Shown one piece after another: positions 51,017-63,629 of a stretch of DNA of 64,000 bases. A program made the translations under genes and the position numbers. This DNA is from Octopus sinensis (Eukaryota): contig NC_043017.1 in assembly GCF_006345805.1 (NCBI RefSeq), positions 5,022,001 to 5,086,000 on the forward strand, read 5' to 3'. Below the pieces are notes generated by a model. The model saw only the letters and a program-made list of their open reading frames with translations, was not told the origin of the DNA and did no database searches. Positions within the stretch are counted from its first letter, which is position 1; every line of letters starts with the position of its first letter.

Positions 51017-51266
51017 CAAGGTCTGTCTGAAAGGTAACGGGACTGGGTGTGCAGTGTGAGCTATGGGTATTGTCCACAGTGAGTTCTTCGCTACAGGGGC
51101 CAGACAGTCGGCCAGACAGTCGGCCAGACAGTCGGCCAGACAGTCAGCCAGCAAGTCTACAAAGCGGTCCTGCTGTGTGTTCTCAGAAGAGACGAGAGTT
51201 ATGGCAGGACAAATCATGGCTGCTCCACCATGACCTGCTCACAATGCTCTGAGCATTCAGCAGTTT
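51017..51266 (+). mobile_element. Mariner remnant: left TIR fused to a catalytic-domain fragment
   Basis: TA-CAAGGTCTGTCTGAAAGGTAACGGGACTG, then (with frameshifts) GIVHSEFF..GQTV..QQVYKAVL..RRELWQDKSWLLHHD..AHNALSIQQF. Confidence 0.8.
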
Positions 51267-51539
51267 GTCCCAGGGGCCCTGCAGTGGAACTGAACCCTTG
51301 AATCATGTAATTCCACCTACTTTAATAACATGGGCCCTGATACACCAGAGCTACATAACCATTTTGTATATTCCAATCATTAAGTATTGATCAGTCCAGA
51401 TCTTCAATAAAAGACCTTTGCCCAAGACGCCTTGCAGTGGGATTGAACCTAGAACTGTATAACTCTGCCTACTTCAATAAATGTGGTCCTTGATGCACTG
51501 GAACTAAATTACAATTTTGCATTCTTCTGTTCTGTTCAT

Positions 51540-51860
51540 TCTTCTACTATAGCCTGAGGCTGACCAAAGCCTTGTCAGTGGATTTGGTAGATGGAAACTG
51601 AAAGAAGCCTATCATATATATATATATATAAATATAAATTTTAGTGTGTGTGTGTGTGTCTGTGTTTGTCCGCCCACCATTACTTGACCACTGATGTTGG
51701 TGCGTCTACAACCCCCGTAACTTGGCAGTTCAGCAAAAGAGACCAATAGAACAAGTACTAGGCTTGCAAAGAATAAGTTCTGGGGTCGATTTGTTCGACT
51801 AAAGGCAGTGCTCCAGCATGGCCACAGTCAAATCACTGAAACAAATAAAGGAATAAAGGC
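51540..51860 (+). mobile_element. SINE family A, 5'-truncated
   Basis: TTCTACTATAGCC...GAAACAAATAAAGG. Confidence 0.8.
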
Positions 51861-52474
51861 ATATTGATTGATCCATGTCTTTGATAAAAGACTCTTGCTC
51901 TTGGTGCCATACTGTGGGAATGGACCTGGAACCATATAATTCGGACTTCTTGGATAATGTGGTTCTTCGCGATGCACTGAAGCAAAACAATAACAATGCT
52001 GTATATTTTCTGGTTGAAATTAATAACACTGACCTAAATTCCACCTTATTAATCAAAGAACTATTAATTAATATATGATGATTTAAAAGGTCCGTACAGA
52101 CAATAGTTTTGGATTTCCCTTCCTGACATTTAATCTTTTGTTCTGGCACCGTCTTTCGTGTTTGTCGACGATTTCTCCATGCTTAATTGATTTAAATGGT
52201 GAAGATCTATCGATTTAAGAATTTTCTACGGTTGACTACTTCTCGTTAGTGTCATATATTCGTCATGCTAACTGACACTAATTGTCTCCTGGCATGGCAC
52301 ACTGCTCTAAATAGGTTCTTATTACAAATTACAACGCCCGCCTCTTCCTCTCCGCTTCATTTTACATCAAGCTCTCTATGCGTGTGTGTTTGTGTGAGTG
52401 CATATGCATTCTTCTGTGTGCATGTGTTTATTTTAGCATTGTACTGTAGTGTCTTTAGAGTTTTTTCTAATTAA

Positions 52475-53240
52475 GGCAGTGAGTTGGCGGAATCGTTAGC
52501 ACACTGGGAAAAATTGCTTTGTGAAATTTCATCCCTTTTTTTATTCTGAGTTCAAATTCTATGAAGACCGACTTTGCCGTTTATCCTTTTAGGGTCGATA
52601 AAATAAGCACCAATTGAACATTGAGGTTGATATAATCTACTTACTCCATCTGCCCTTGAAATTGCTGGCCTTGAGCCAAAATTTGAAACCAGTATTTTCA
52701 GGTGAAAAGGTGGCAAGCTAGCAGAATCGTTAGCATGCCAGAGAAAATACCTTGTAGCATTTTGTGTTCTGACTTCAAATTCAACCGAAACTGATTTTGC
52801 CTTTTATGCTTTTGGGGTCAATGAAATAAGTACCAGTTGAACACTGGGGTCGTTGTAACTGACCCTTAAAATCGCAGTCCTTGTACTAAAATTTAATTAT
52901 TGTTTCTGTTACTAATCATTTATAGATACAGACATGACACCCAAGCACATGGTTCAGGGTTCAATCCTACTGCATGGCACTGGTACCTTTAGCAAATATC
53001 TTATACTATAGCATTGGGCTGACCAAAGCCTTGTAAGTGGATTTAACTGATGGAAACTGCAAGAAACCCATTCTACATATATACGATGGGCTTCTTTTCA
53101 GCTTCCATCTGCCAAATCCACTCACAAGGCTTTGGTTGGCCCGGGGCTATAGTGGAAGACACTTGGCCAAGGTGCCATGCAATGGGACTGAACCTGGAAC
53201 CATGTGGTTTGTAAGCAAGCTACTCACTACACAGCCACTC
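52475..53240. mobile_element. Two SINE B copies (+), then two SINE A heads in inverted arrangement
   Basis: B heads at about 52475 and 52705; A head + at 52940-53080 and - at 53080-53240. Confidence 0.7.
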
Positions 53241-53319
53241 CAATGCCTATATACATGTATATTTTATAGATCTACCTGCCTCCTCTCCCTGTTATATATA
53301 TATAGATAGATAGATACAT

Positions 53320-53369
<50 letters not shown>

Positions 53370-53494
53370 TCACAAATCTGTTTCAGTGTTATGTATGTTT
53401 GCACTTAACTCTGCGCTGTACCGTTGTTACAATTCTTCTTATACACACAAACACACACATATGTGTGTGTTTGTGTGTATATGCACTCACGCAA

Positions 53495-53526
<32 letters not shown>

Positions 53527-53939
53527 GTATACACACACACACGTAATGGCCATACACGTACACACGTATATGCTCACACACAAACACGGCTGTTGTCAGT
53601 AGAATATATGAAATATTATCCTGTAATCTGTGGAATAATTGCAGAGAAATTTCTTTATTTTGTAATTTTTCCATTTTGTTCAGAATACAAAAGATATCAA
53701 ATTTTTTTTTTTTTTGATAATCTTATTTTTGTTTATTTTTAAAGAACATCTCCAAAATTTCTTGGAAGAATAATTAACTGCTAATTTACAAAAGATCTAA
53801 TTGATCTGCTGCTTTTAATCATCAATATGTTTATATGAAACAATGAGGATAATAATAACAGCAGCAGCAGCAGCAGCAGCAGTAGTATTAGTAGTAGTAG
53901 TAGTAGTAGTAGTAGTAAGAAGAAGAAGAAGAAATCATA

Positions 53940-54090
53940 GTTTCAAATTTTTGCATAAAGCCAGAAATTTTAAGGGGAAGGGTCAAGTAGATTGTATCAA
54001 CCTAAGTATATGACTGGTACTTTATTTTATCAATCCTAAAAAGATGAATGGCTAAGTCGATCACAGCAGTATTCAAACTCAAGCCATAAA
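53940..54090 (-). mobile_element. SINE family B, diverged
   Basis: CTGGTACTTTATTTTATCAATCCTAAAAAGATGAATGG...CAAACTCAAG. Confidence 0.55.
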
Positions 54091-54195
54091 TAACTGGAAA
54101 TAATGTTTATATATAATATTTGCTGTTGTATAAACTTTTTATTTAGTTGTTTTAAATTTCTAACGATATGCTGTTGTAAGATTCATCAGATTTGG

Positions 54196-54650
54196 TTGTT
54201 CTAAGACTCATCACATTTGACTGTTTTAAAACACCTCACTATGACTCTCTTAAGATTCATCATACTCAGCTGTATTTAGACATCTTACTGTTGACTGTTT
54301 TAAGACATCTCACTATGACTGTCTTAAGATTCATTACGCTTAGCTGTACTTAGACATCTTACTGTTGACAGTCTTAAGTCTCATCACATTTGGCTTTTCT
54401 GAGACTCATTACATTTGATTTCTAAAGACATTTTACCTAATTGTCTTAAGAGTCATCACAGTTGGCTGTCCTATGACATCTTGCTATTGACTATCTTAAA
54501 ACTCATCATACTTAGCTATCTTAAGATACCTTGCAGTTGACTATATTAAGACACATCATTGTTAACTGTTTTGAGACTCGTCACACTTGGCTGTCTTACA
54601 TCTTACAGTTGATTGTCTTAAGGCATGTCAGTATTAACTGCCTTAAGACT
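54196..54650. repeat. Degenerate 24-25-bp minisatellite with a higher-order unit of about 74 bp
   Basis: Recurring GACTGTCTTAAGA..CATC; CTCACTATGACT recurs at 54235 and 54309. Confidence 0.8.
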
Positions 54651-55646
54651 TCAGGCATCAACCCTGCCCTCTCTGGTGCAGACATGCTCTTCCAGAAGAT
54701 ATAAAACAGCCTAATAAACTTGACACAAAAAAGTCATTGTTATCACTTAGTATCACCTATTTTGTCAGTGTACAAGACCTGCCTAATTTGGCTTGGTAGG
54801 AGTGGTTACAAGAATTCCCCCAGCACCATCACCACTATCAAAGAGACTCATAGTGTGTCTCTAATTTGTGTTGATGGAGGTAGATATGAAAATACAGCCT
54901 AGCGATAGTGTTTTAATAGCGATGTTAAAATTCGGTAGATGTGTTATACAAACACTAGTACCTCCTTCCCCCACAATTATCTTATTGGCAATGTTAGGAG
55001 GTGCTGGGTGTTAAGATGGTTGTAAAAACATTTCTCTTCCCAGGAAGTATTATTTTATTGACTTCTTACCTGAGTGCAAGTTTATAAATCATGTCTGATA
55101 AATGAATGAACACCACACCTTCTTGTTTTCTTCTGGATTATAGTTTGTGATGAGTGTAACTGTACACTAAAGCTGGTAATGTTGTTTCAAGTATGAAATG
55201 CAGAATGTTAAATGTTTTGTAGAAGTGGAGTACATGCACTTACTTTGACTAATCTCATAATAAGCAACACCAGTTGGTTGTTTTGATCACACCAAAAGAA
55301 AGTTGCACTACCATATAAACATGTTTCAGTCATTGGACTGTGGCCCTGCTGGGGCACCACCTTGAAGGATTTAGTCAAACAAATCAACCCCAGGACTTAT
55401 TTTTTTTAAAGTTTGTTCTCAATCAGTCTCTTTTACCGAAATGCCAGTTTATAGAGACATAATTTGAATAAGTAACACTTCAATGATTGTGATATAGAAG
55501 TACAGATATTCAACCGCTTGCGCCATTGAAAAACAGATATCCAGCTCACACAGGGTTAACCCATAAGTTTCTGCAGAGGGTTTTGCTCTGTTTGACACCA
55601 ATTTTTATCGCATTTTGAGCTTACTTTGATTCTGCAAACTTGTCAG

Positions 55647-55928
55647 TAGGATGTGTTCAAAGTGCTATTAACAGCCGTCTCTTTCAATCTGGAAGGATAA
55701 AAGTTGCTAGGTCGGCTTATTGGATGCTTTATAACGATATACTAAAATTACATTAATTTAATAGGTGCAGGTGTGGCTGTGTGGTAAGAAGCTTGCTTCC
55801 CAACCACATAACTCCGGGTTCAGTCCCACTGCATGGTACCTAGGGCAAGTGTCTTCTACTATAGCCTCGGGCTGACCAAAGCCTTGTGAGTGGATTTGGT
55901 AGACAGAATCTGAAAGAAGCCCATCATT

Positions 55929-55975
<47 letters not shown>

Positions 55976-56398
55976 GTATTTGTGTGTCTGTGTCCCCCCC
56001 TCCGTAACTTAGTGGTTTGGCAAAAGAGGCTGATAGAATAAGTACAAAGCTTACAAAGAATAAATCCTGGGGTCGAATGGTTCGACTAAAGGATTTGCTC
56101 CAGCATGGCCGCAGTCAAATGACTGAAACACATAAAAGAATACTGCTTCTCCTAAAAAAAAACCCAAAAAGGTCTCCAAACTTCTGGAATGCACCTCATA
56201 GCAGTGCATGACAAGTAGTGTTTACTGAGGTGTGTTCAAAGTGCTATTACGGCCATGACCATCAATCTGGAATAACAAAAGTTGGCAGGTCAGCTTATTG
56301 GATATGTGGTTATTTTATACTAAAATTGCCATTATCTAGGACAGTTATAACTACTTCTCCTTAAATAAAGTCTCAAAACTTCTGGAATGCATCTTGTA
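55647..56398. mobile_element. Two tandem mariner-like MITE copies; the first (55647-56200) is split by a SINE A insertion (55762-56140)
   Basis: GTGTTCAAAGTGCTATT...GGTC.GCTTATTGGAT and CTTCTCC...AAACTTCTGGAATGCA.CT..TA occur in both copies. Confidence 0.65.
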
Positions 56399-56881
56399 AG
56401 AAATTTGTTTCTCAACCATGCAGTTTTCGTGTACGAGAATGAGTGATGTTCATGCCTTTTATCAAGTACCCTGGTGTTGTTGTGATGGTGTGATGCTGTG
56501 AGAAGTAGCAGGTGTTGTGATATTGTAGAGGTGGTGCTGGAGTGTGGCAGTTCTATAAATGTCCTACCAGAGGGAGGCACTGAGATCCGTACGTCACCAA
56601 AAGATATGTTCTCTGTGGCATTCTGGTGCCAAGGTGTAAAATAACATGGCAGAGTCTCTTTTGGTTTTTGTTTTGGGTTTTTTTGGGTTTTTCTTTATTT
56701 TTTTGGTAATACTTTTGTGTTTACTAAATATTTCACTGAAGAATCATATCTGGGAGAGAGGGAGAACGATTGTGTGTGTGTGTGTGAGAGAGAGAGAGGT
56801 AGAGGATGTGTGTGACAAAGAGAATTGACTGTGAGAGAGACAAACAGACAGCATGAGAGAGAGAGACAGCTTGTCTGTGTA

Positions 56882-56921
<40 letters not shown>

Positions 56922-56999
56922 AGTGTGACAGAGAGAATTGACTGTAAGAGAGACAGACAGACAGACAGAGCATGAAAGAGACAGGGATAGGCACACTTT

Positions 57000-57039
<40 letters not shown>

Positions 57040-57050
57040 CAGATAGATCA

Positions 57051-57087
<37 letters not shown>

Positions 57088-57098
57088 CAGATAGATCA

Positions 57099-57167
<69 letters not shown>

Positions 57168-57358
57168 CAGATGGATAGATAGACAGATATATAGATAGAT
57201 AGATAGATAGACAGATATATAGATAGATAGATAGATAGACAGATAGATAGATAGATAGATAGACAAATAGATCGATAGATAGATAGATAGATAGATAGAC
57301 AGATAGATCAATAGATAGATAGATAGATAGATAGACAGATGGATAGATAGACAGATAT

Positions 57359-57391
<33 letters not shown>

Positions 57392-57560
57392 CAGATATAT
57401 AGATAGATAGATAGATAGATAAGCAGACAGACGGATGGACGGATAGATGGATGGATCGATGGATGGAGATAGCGATAGATGTTAGAGAAAGATAGATAGA
57501 TGGATAGATAAATGGTTAACTGGATAGATAGATAGATAGGTTAGATAGATAGATAGATAG
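57000..57560. repeat. (GATA)n array
   Basis: Direct reading. Confidence 0.95.
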
Positions 57561-58168
57561 ATATAGAGAGAGAGGGAGAGAGAGAGAGAGAGCAAGATAG
57601 AGAAATCAGAGCAAAAGGAAACCTCAGTTGAAAGCAAAGCAACGATCATTACCTCATTGGGTGGGCCTTTCTTGGGTGTTGGGGTATTTTATCTTGGGGT
57701 ATCTCCTGCTGAGGTCTTCTTCACTCTGGATGGCAGACAGTCAGAAGACATGGTGGAGCTTCTTCCATCTTGCTGATCCCTGCCCCTACTCTCATCCTGC
57801 CCCCCCCTAGTTTCCTTATCAAATGAACTGCCCCCCCGTCACCACCCACCAGCGCATCCACCCACGCCCATCCAGTCCCTGTCCGTTCCCCCCCCAACCC
57901 TCTTTCGCCTCATACTGTGTAATTTATTTTCTCAGCATTAACAGCCATAAAATAGCTGCAGGTTGTTATTTAACAACAACAGCAACAATAATTCTGTTTT
58001 ATTTCTAGTGTTTGTTCTTTATTTGAATTTTCTTTTTTTTGTATTTTGTTTATTTATTTATTTCAAACTCCCCCAGCTCCCCCCCCCCACCTCACGCTTC
58101 TGTCACTTTCTGCTGTCCTCCTCACTCTGATCTATTTCATAACACACTTTCAGCAGTGTGTGTGTCTT

Positions 58169-58251
<83 letters not shown>

Positions 58252-58871
58252 CTTTCCTTCTATCTGTTTTCTTTTTTCTCCCTCTTCTTCACTCTCTCTC
58301 CCTCTCACTCCCCTCTCTCTGTATTTTGGTACAAATGTATATATATATATGTGTGTATGTATGTGTATTTTTGAATGGATGTAAGCATATATGTGTGTGT
58401 GTGTGTGTATGTATGTATGTCAATGGATGTTTGTGCGCACCTGTGTGCATAATGTGTGTGTGTGTCTGTGTATTTTGGGATGGATGTAAGCATGTACATA
58501 CATGTATATGTGTATCTAGGCCTATGTGTATGCACATAACAGTGTGTAAATATATATATATACATATAAATGTGTGTGTGTGTGTGTATCTGTATATGTA
58601 GTGCCAGTAGGGGAGGAGGGTTAGTGGCAGGGGGGGGAGCAGGAAAGACAGACACAAAGGCCAGCTCTATTAAGATGTGGATGTTCTCTTTCCCTCACCA
58701 CCACCCCAACACACCACCACACCACCACCACCCCAACCACACCACCACCACCTCCCCTTCACCGGAACTTATAATGTTCCCCATTTGTTTCAATTTGGAG
58801 TATCTGAGCTGACAGCTACTGTCTTCCTCTTTTACTGTGGTTTGTGCCTTCCTTGCTTTGGGCCTGTTTTG

Positions 58872-58905
<34 letters not shown>

Positions 58906-58924
58906 CATTACTATTATTATTATC

Positions 58925-59140
58925 AAGGCAGTGAACTGGCAGAATCGTTAGCGCGCTGGACGAAATGCTTAGCAGTATTTCACCTGCTGTTTCATTCTGA
59001 GTTCATATTCCACCAAGGTCGGTTTTTGCCTTTCATCCTTTCGGGGTCAATGAATTAAGTACCAGTCAAGTACTGGGGTCGATGTCATCGATTGTTCCCA
59101 ACCCCCACAAAAATCCAGGCCTTGTGTCTTATAGTAGAAG
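58925..59140 (+). mobile_element. SINE family B, full copy
   Basis: AAGGCAGTGAACTGGCAGAATCGTTAGC through CCAGGCCTTGTGTC, with an (ATT)n tail. Confidence 0.85.
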
Positions 59141-59201
59141 GAATTATTATTATTATTATGATTATTATTATTCTTATTCTTATTATTATTATTAATTATT
59201 A

Positions 59202-59243
<42 letters not shown>

Positions 59244-59929
59244 ATTGTTATTATTATTATTATTATTGTGTTCTGGGTTCAATTCTTGCTGGATTCCACT
59301 TTACACTCTCTGTAAAGGTCAGTAAAAGTACTGGGGTCATTGTAATTGACCTTCCCCGTCCCTTGAAATTTCAGGCCTTGCACTTAATAATAGAAAGAAT
59401 TGTTGTTCTTGTTGTTAGTTTTCAGTTCTGTTCCATGATGTTCTTGGTTCAATTCTTGCTGGATTCCACTTTACACCCTGTATAAATGTCAGTAAGTCAG
59501 AGGATCCATTTTTGGCTTGTATGTTTCAGTTCTGTTACTGTCAGTGATGATGACAGCAATGATGACATGTATATTTGGCAAGCTGCACTTCAGCTGATCT
59601 GCAAAGCATGCGACTGATGGGAGGAATGTCTGCCGGTAGTTGCTACTGGTCTTTTATTCCAGACATACTGAACTTCAGATTTCTTCTGGAACTGTGTTAG
59701 TGTGTCAAAGTGAATTAACAAAATGGGGGGAACAGGTACATCAGTGTTTCTTGAACCATTTAATCTCATGCTCCACTTCGATTTTCCAAAAGACATGTGC
59801 ATCCTACCATAAATAGAAAAAGTTAGTGCATACAATATATACATACATATGTATATATGAATATGTGTGTGTCTATACATGTATATATTCATATGTGTAT
59901 ATATATATTTCTTTACTACCCACAAGGGG

Positions 59930-60383
59930 ATAAACACAGAGGAGATAAACAAGGACAGACAAAGGGATTAAGTCAATTACATTGCCCCCAGTGTGAAACT
60001 GGTACTTTATTTAAGGTGGTGAGCTGGCAGAGACATTAGCACGCTGGGTGAAATGCTTAGCGGTATTTCGTCTGCCGTTACGTTCTGAGTTCAAATTCCG
60101 CCGAGGTCGACTTTGCCTTTCATCCTTTCAGGGTCGATTAATTAAGTACCAGTTACGCACTGGGGTCTATATAATCGACTTAATCCGTTTGTCTGTTCTT
60201 GTTTATCCTCTCTGTGTTTAGCCCCTTGTGGGTAGTAAAGAAATAAGTACTTTATTTATTGACCCCAAAAGGATGAAAGGTAAAGTCGACCTCGGAGGAA
60301 TTTGAACTCAGAACGTAATGACAGACGAATTACTGCTAAGCATTTCACCCGGCGTGCTAACAATTCGGCCAGCTCGCCGCCTT
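59930..60383. mobile_element. SINE family B trio: 3' fragment (-), full copy (+, 60013-60245), 5' half (-, 60259-60383)
   Basis: Low-divergence family motifs in inverted arrangement. Confidence 0.88.
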
Positions 60384-60557
60384 ATATATTTATTTATATG
60401 TGTATATAGTCAACAGATGAAATCCAGATATTCTCAGAATAGAAAATACCTATTAACGCTCAAATGATTCAAATTTAAGGCTCCAATGTCATTCTTTACA
60501 AGAGACCAATTCCATGGGGTAAAGAGCAGTTTATAAGAGGAATCAAGGTGAGCAGGT

Positions 60558-60707
60558 ATGGAGGCAATTATGCGGATAAACAAATTAAATATGACAGCTT
60601 GGGTTTGATATACATAATATGTATATATGTATACATTTATACATATCTTAGATATCAGACCCAAGCCGTTATATATTTAATTTGTTTATCCACATAATTG
60701 CCTCTAT
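60558..60707. mobile_element. TA-flanked foldback MITE
   Basis: GAGGCAATTATGCGGATAAACAAATTAAATAT..CAGCTTGGGTTTGATAT / ATATCAGACCCAAGCCG..ATATTTAATTTGTTTATCCACATAATTGCCTC. Confidence 0.8.
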
Positions 60708-60744
60708 ATTTATATGTGTGTGAGTATATATATATATATATATA

Positions 60745-60776
<32 letters not shown>

Positions 60777-60789
60777 ATGAGTTCAATTA

Positions 60790-61050
60790 AAGGTTAAATA
60801 CCTCATTAAGGGAGAATAAAATCTAATGAATATACTGGTTTATTACCTATTCCAGTAAGTATTAAATATTATATTTAATATTCAACTGTAAGGTAATAAG
60901 ATAAACCAATGTTTATATATATTTAAGAAAATAGAGGTAATTAATAATAATTTTTTTTAATTAATTACAAAATTGGACATCATCTCTAATTTTGTAATTA
61001 ATTAGTAAATAATTATTACTCATCTCTATTTTCTTATTTCTCTTATATAT
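60790..61050. repeat. AT-rich foldback element related to 15480-15745 and 17180-17457
   Basis: TAATTAATTACAAAATT/AATTTTGTAATTAATTA plus AAGAAAATAGAG/CTCTATTTTCTT arms; shared upstream CCTCAT.AAGG...AATA(TA)CTGGTT. Confidence 0.6.
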
Positions 61051-61077
61051 TTCTTATTTATATATATGTATATATTC

Positions 61078-61235
61078 ATCATCATCATCGTTTAATATCC
61101 GTTTTCCATGCTAGCATGGGTTGGACGGTTCGACTGGGGTCTGGGAATCCAGGAGGCTGCACCAGGCTCCAGTCTGATCTGGCAGTGTTTCTACAGCTGG
61201 ATGCCCTTCCTAATGCCAACCACTCCATGAGTGTA
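61078..61235 (-). mobile_element. LINE 3' UTR family D, well-preserved short copy
   Basis: (CAT)n-TTTAATATCCGTTTTCCATGCTAGCATGGGTTGGACGG...CTGGATGCCCTTCCTAATGCCAACCAC. Confidence 0.8.
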
Positions 61236-61650
61236 GTCATATATATATATATATATATATATATAAGTAAAGTTAATCGTCACATCAAAGTGGCTGTTTC
61301 TTGTGACTATTAGTTTAACACCAGGTAGATCTTCTGCTAGGAGGTTAATGGTGCAGCACTGTACCCTATATATTGCTTGCTGGGGGAACGAACCCCTACC
61401 ATCCTCTAGCAGACAACAGGATCATGACACTGACTCAGAAGTGGGGATTAACTTTACTTGTTAGTGCAGTTACTACTCTGATTTCTTCTTGAGATGTTAG
61501 AACTAGCCATTTTGCTTATATAATTATGTATATGTGTACGTGTGTGTATATATGTGTGTGTGTATGTATATATGTATATATGTGTGTATATGTATATGTG
61601 TGTGTGTGTATATATGCATATGTACATATATATGTGTGTGTATATTCTGA

Positions 61651-61975
61651 GTTCTGAGACCCCTTCGGTCATGAATGACCATGGGATTGCACCTAGAAAG
61701 TTACCCTCCCAGGCACAAATCTGGGCAAGGTTGTTTACGGAAGACCAGCAGTCACCCATTTATACCGGCCTCCCCTCTCCACGCCAGGGAAAGGCAAAAG
61801 GGGCCGATACAGCTTGGCACCTGTGACATCGCAACTCATTTCTACAGCTGAGTGAACTGTGGCAACATGAAATAAAGTGTCTTGCTCGAGAATAGAACAC
61901 ACAGCCCGGTCGGGATTCGAACTCACAACCTCACGATCGTAAGCTCAACACTCTAACCACTGAGCCATGCACCTT
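61651..61975 (-). mobile_element. SINE family C, near-consensus full copy
   Basis: Reverse complement of 44395-44730 with intact A and B boxes. Confidence 0.88.
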
Positions 61976-62409
61976 CACATATATATATGTATGTATATAT
62001 ATATATATATAATATATATATATATATATGTATGTGTATGTATGTGTGCATTGTGATTTGATTTTTCGTACTAGATTGAAGCTGATTGACAGAATGAAGA
62101 TTTTTGAGTGAAAAATATTCTCTGATTCGAACGAGACAAATCGAAATAAAGATTGTTGTGTGGGCGAAGGGGAATTTCCCATGATGCATTTCTGCATGAT
62201 GAACCTCTAAGTCTGGGTTAAAAAGTTCTTTTTCTTTTATTTTTTATTTTTGTTTTTTGTTTTACGCCCAAAACCAATAATTCCATTGATGGTAAAATCT
62301 CTCTTCTTTCTGATCCAATTCTTTGTATGTTTCTGTATTCTCTAAACATATGGTCATATTCTTCCGATTCTCTATCTTGCAGAGACTCTCTTGCTGGTTG
62401 TACAAGTGT

Positions 62410-63100
62410 AGTTCTCTCTCTCTCTCTCTGTCTATCTATCTCCTTCTGTCTCCTATTCTCTCCCTCCTACTCTCCCTGTTTCTCTCTCTCTCTTGCTCTC
62501 TCTTTCTCTGTTCCCCTTCTCTGTCTCTATCTCCTTCCTCTCTCTCTCTCCTCTCACTGTGTATCCCTTCCTCTCCGTCTCTCTCCTTTCTGCCTGTCTC
62601 TCTCTCTCTCTCTCTCCCTCTGTATATCTATGTCTCTCTCTCCTTCCTCTCTGTCTCCCATGTCTGTCTGCCTTTCTCTCCTCACTCCCTCTGAATATCT
62701 ATGTCTCTGTCTCCCCTCCCTCTCCATCTCTCTCTCCTCTCACATTCTCTCTCCTGTCTGTCTCTCCTCCCTCTCTGTCTCTCACCTCTCTCCCTCTATA
62801 TATCTATGTCTCTGTCTCTCTCCTCTCCCTCTCTGTCTCTCCCCCTCCTCTCTGTCTCTCTCCTCATTCCCCTCATTGTGTATTTCTCTCTCTCTCCCTC
62901 CCTTTTCTATCTCTCTCACCTCTCTCCTGTATATATCTGTATCTCTGTCTCCTCCCTCTCTGTCTCTCTCCTCTCTCCCCTCACTGTATCTCTCCCCCTT
63001 TCTGTCTGTCTCTCTCACCTCTCTCCCTCTATATATATATATCTCTCTCCCTCCCTCTCTGTCTGTCTATTTCTCTATCTTTTCTTTCTCCCCCCCCCCA
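62410..63100. repeat. (CT)-rich polypyrimidine tract with internal duplications
   Basis: Direct reading; explains the L/S-rich ORFs. Confidence 0.9.
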
Positions 63101-63629
63101 GCTTATTTTCATTTCAGCTTACAATTGCAGATTCTTCCCCAGTCAATTCTATTTTAACCTAATTTACCGTTCTTAGAGAGAAAAACCTCTTTCATCTAGA
63201 AAATCTTTGAAGAGCAAATTCTTTTTTTTTTCATTATTATTATTATTATTATTGAAAAAAAATAGTCATTACATAGAAATTTTGGTCCTCTTTGAATCAC
63301 CAAACTCTTACTTCCATTGCAGAAAAAATTTAAAAAAAACATGAAATGGAAGAATTTACTGGTTCCATCAGAGTAGAATTTAGTGACTGTAAAACCTGAA
63401 AGTGTTTGGGTCGATGGGGGGGGGGGAGTACTTAGAAGAAAGAAAGAAAGGAAGAAATGAAAGAGACAGAGGAAGAATTATAATGGGTCAAAAAGTATGA
63501 TAGATCATACTTAATAGCCGTTTGTTACTGGGTGGGGGTTAATTAATCGAGCGTAAAGGAAGAATTGAGGTGATTTAATTATCTTGTAGATTTGGGGGAA
63601 AGAACAGACTGAAACGAAATCTCCATTGT

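Noticed and set aside
51098-51145. Regular direct repeats as a possible CRISPR-like array
   Set aside because: There are no spacers and the context is eukaryotic; it is a simple tandem expansion in a mariner remnant.
56420-56640. Possible exon GTAGCAG|...CAAG|GTGTAA
   Set aside because: No polypyrimidine tract, a non-consensus donor and no recognisable peptide.
57620-57810. Unique island with a GTAATG donor on -
   Set aside because: All three minus frames contain stops before the donor, and the plus ORF has no support.
63493-63512. Perfect 9-bp inverted repeat AAGTATGAT-AG-ATCATACTT
   Set aside because: Short and AT-rich, so expected by chance in 64 kb.
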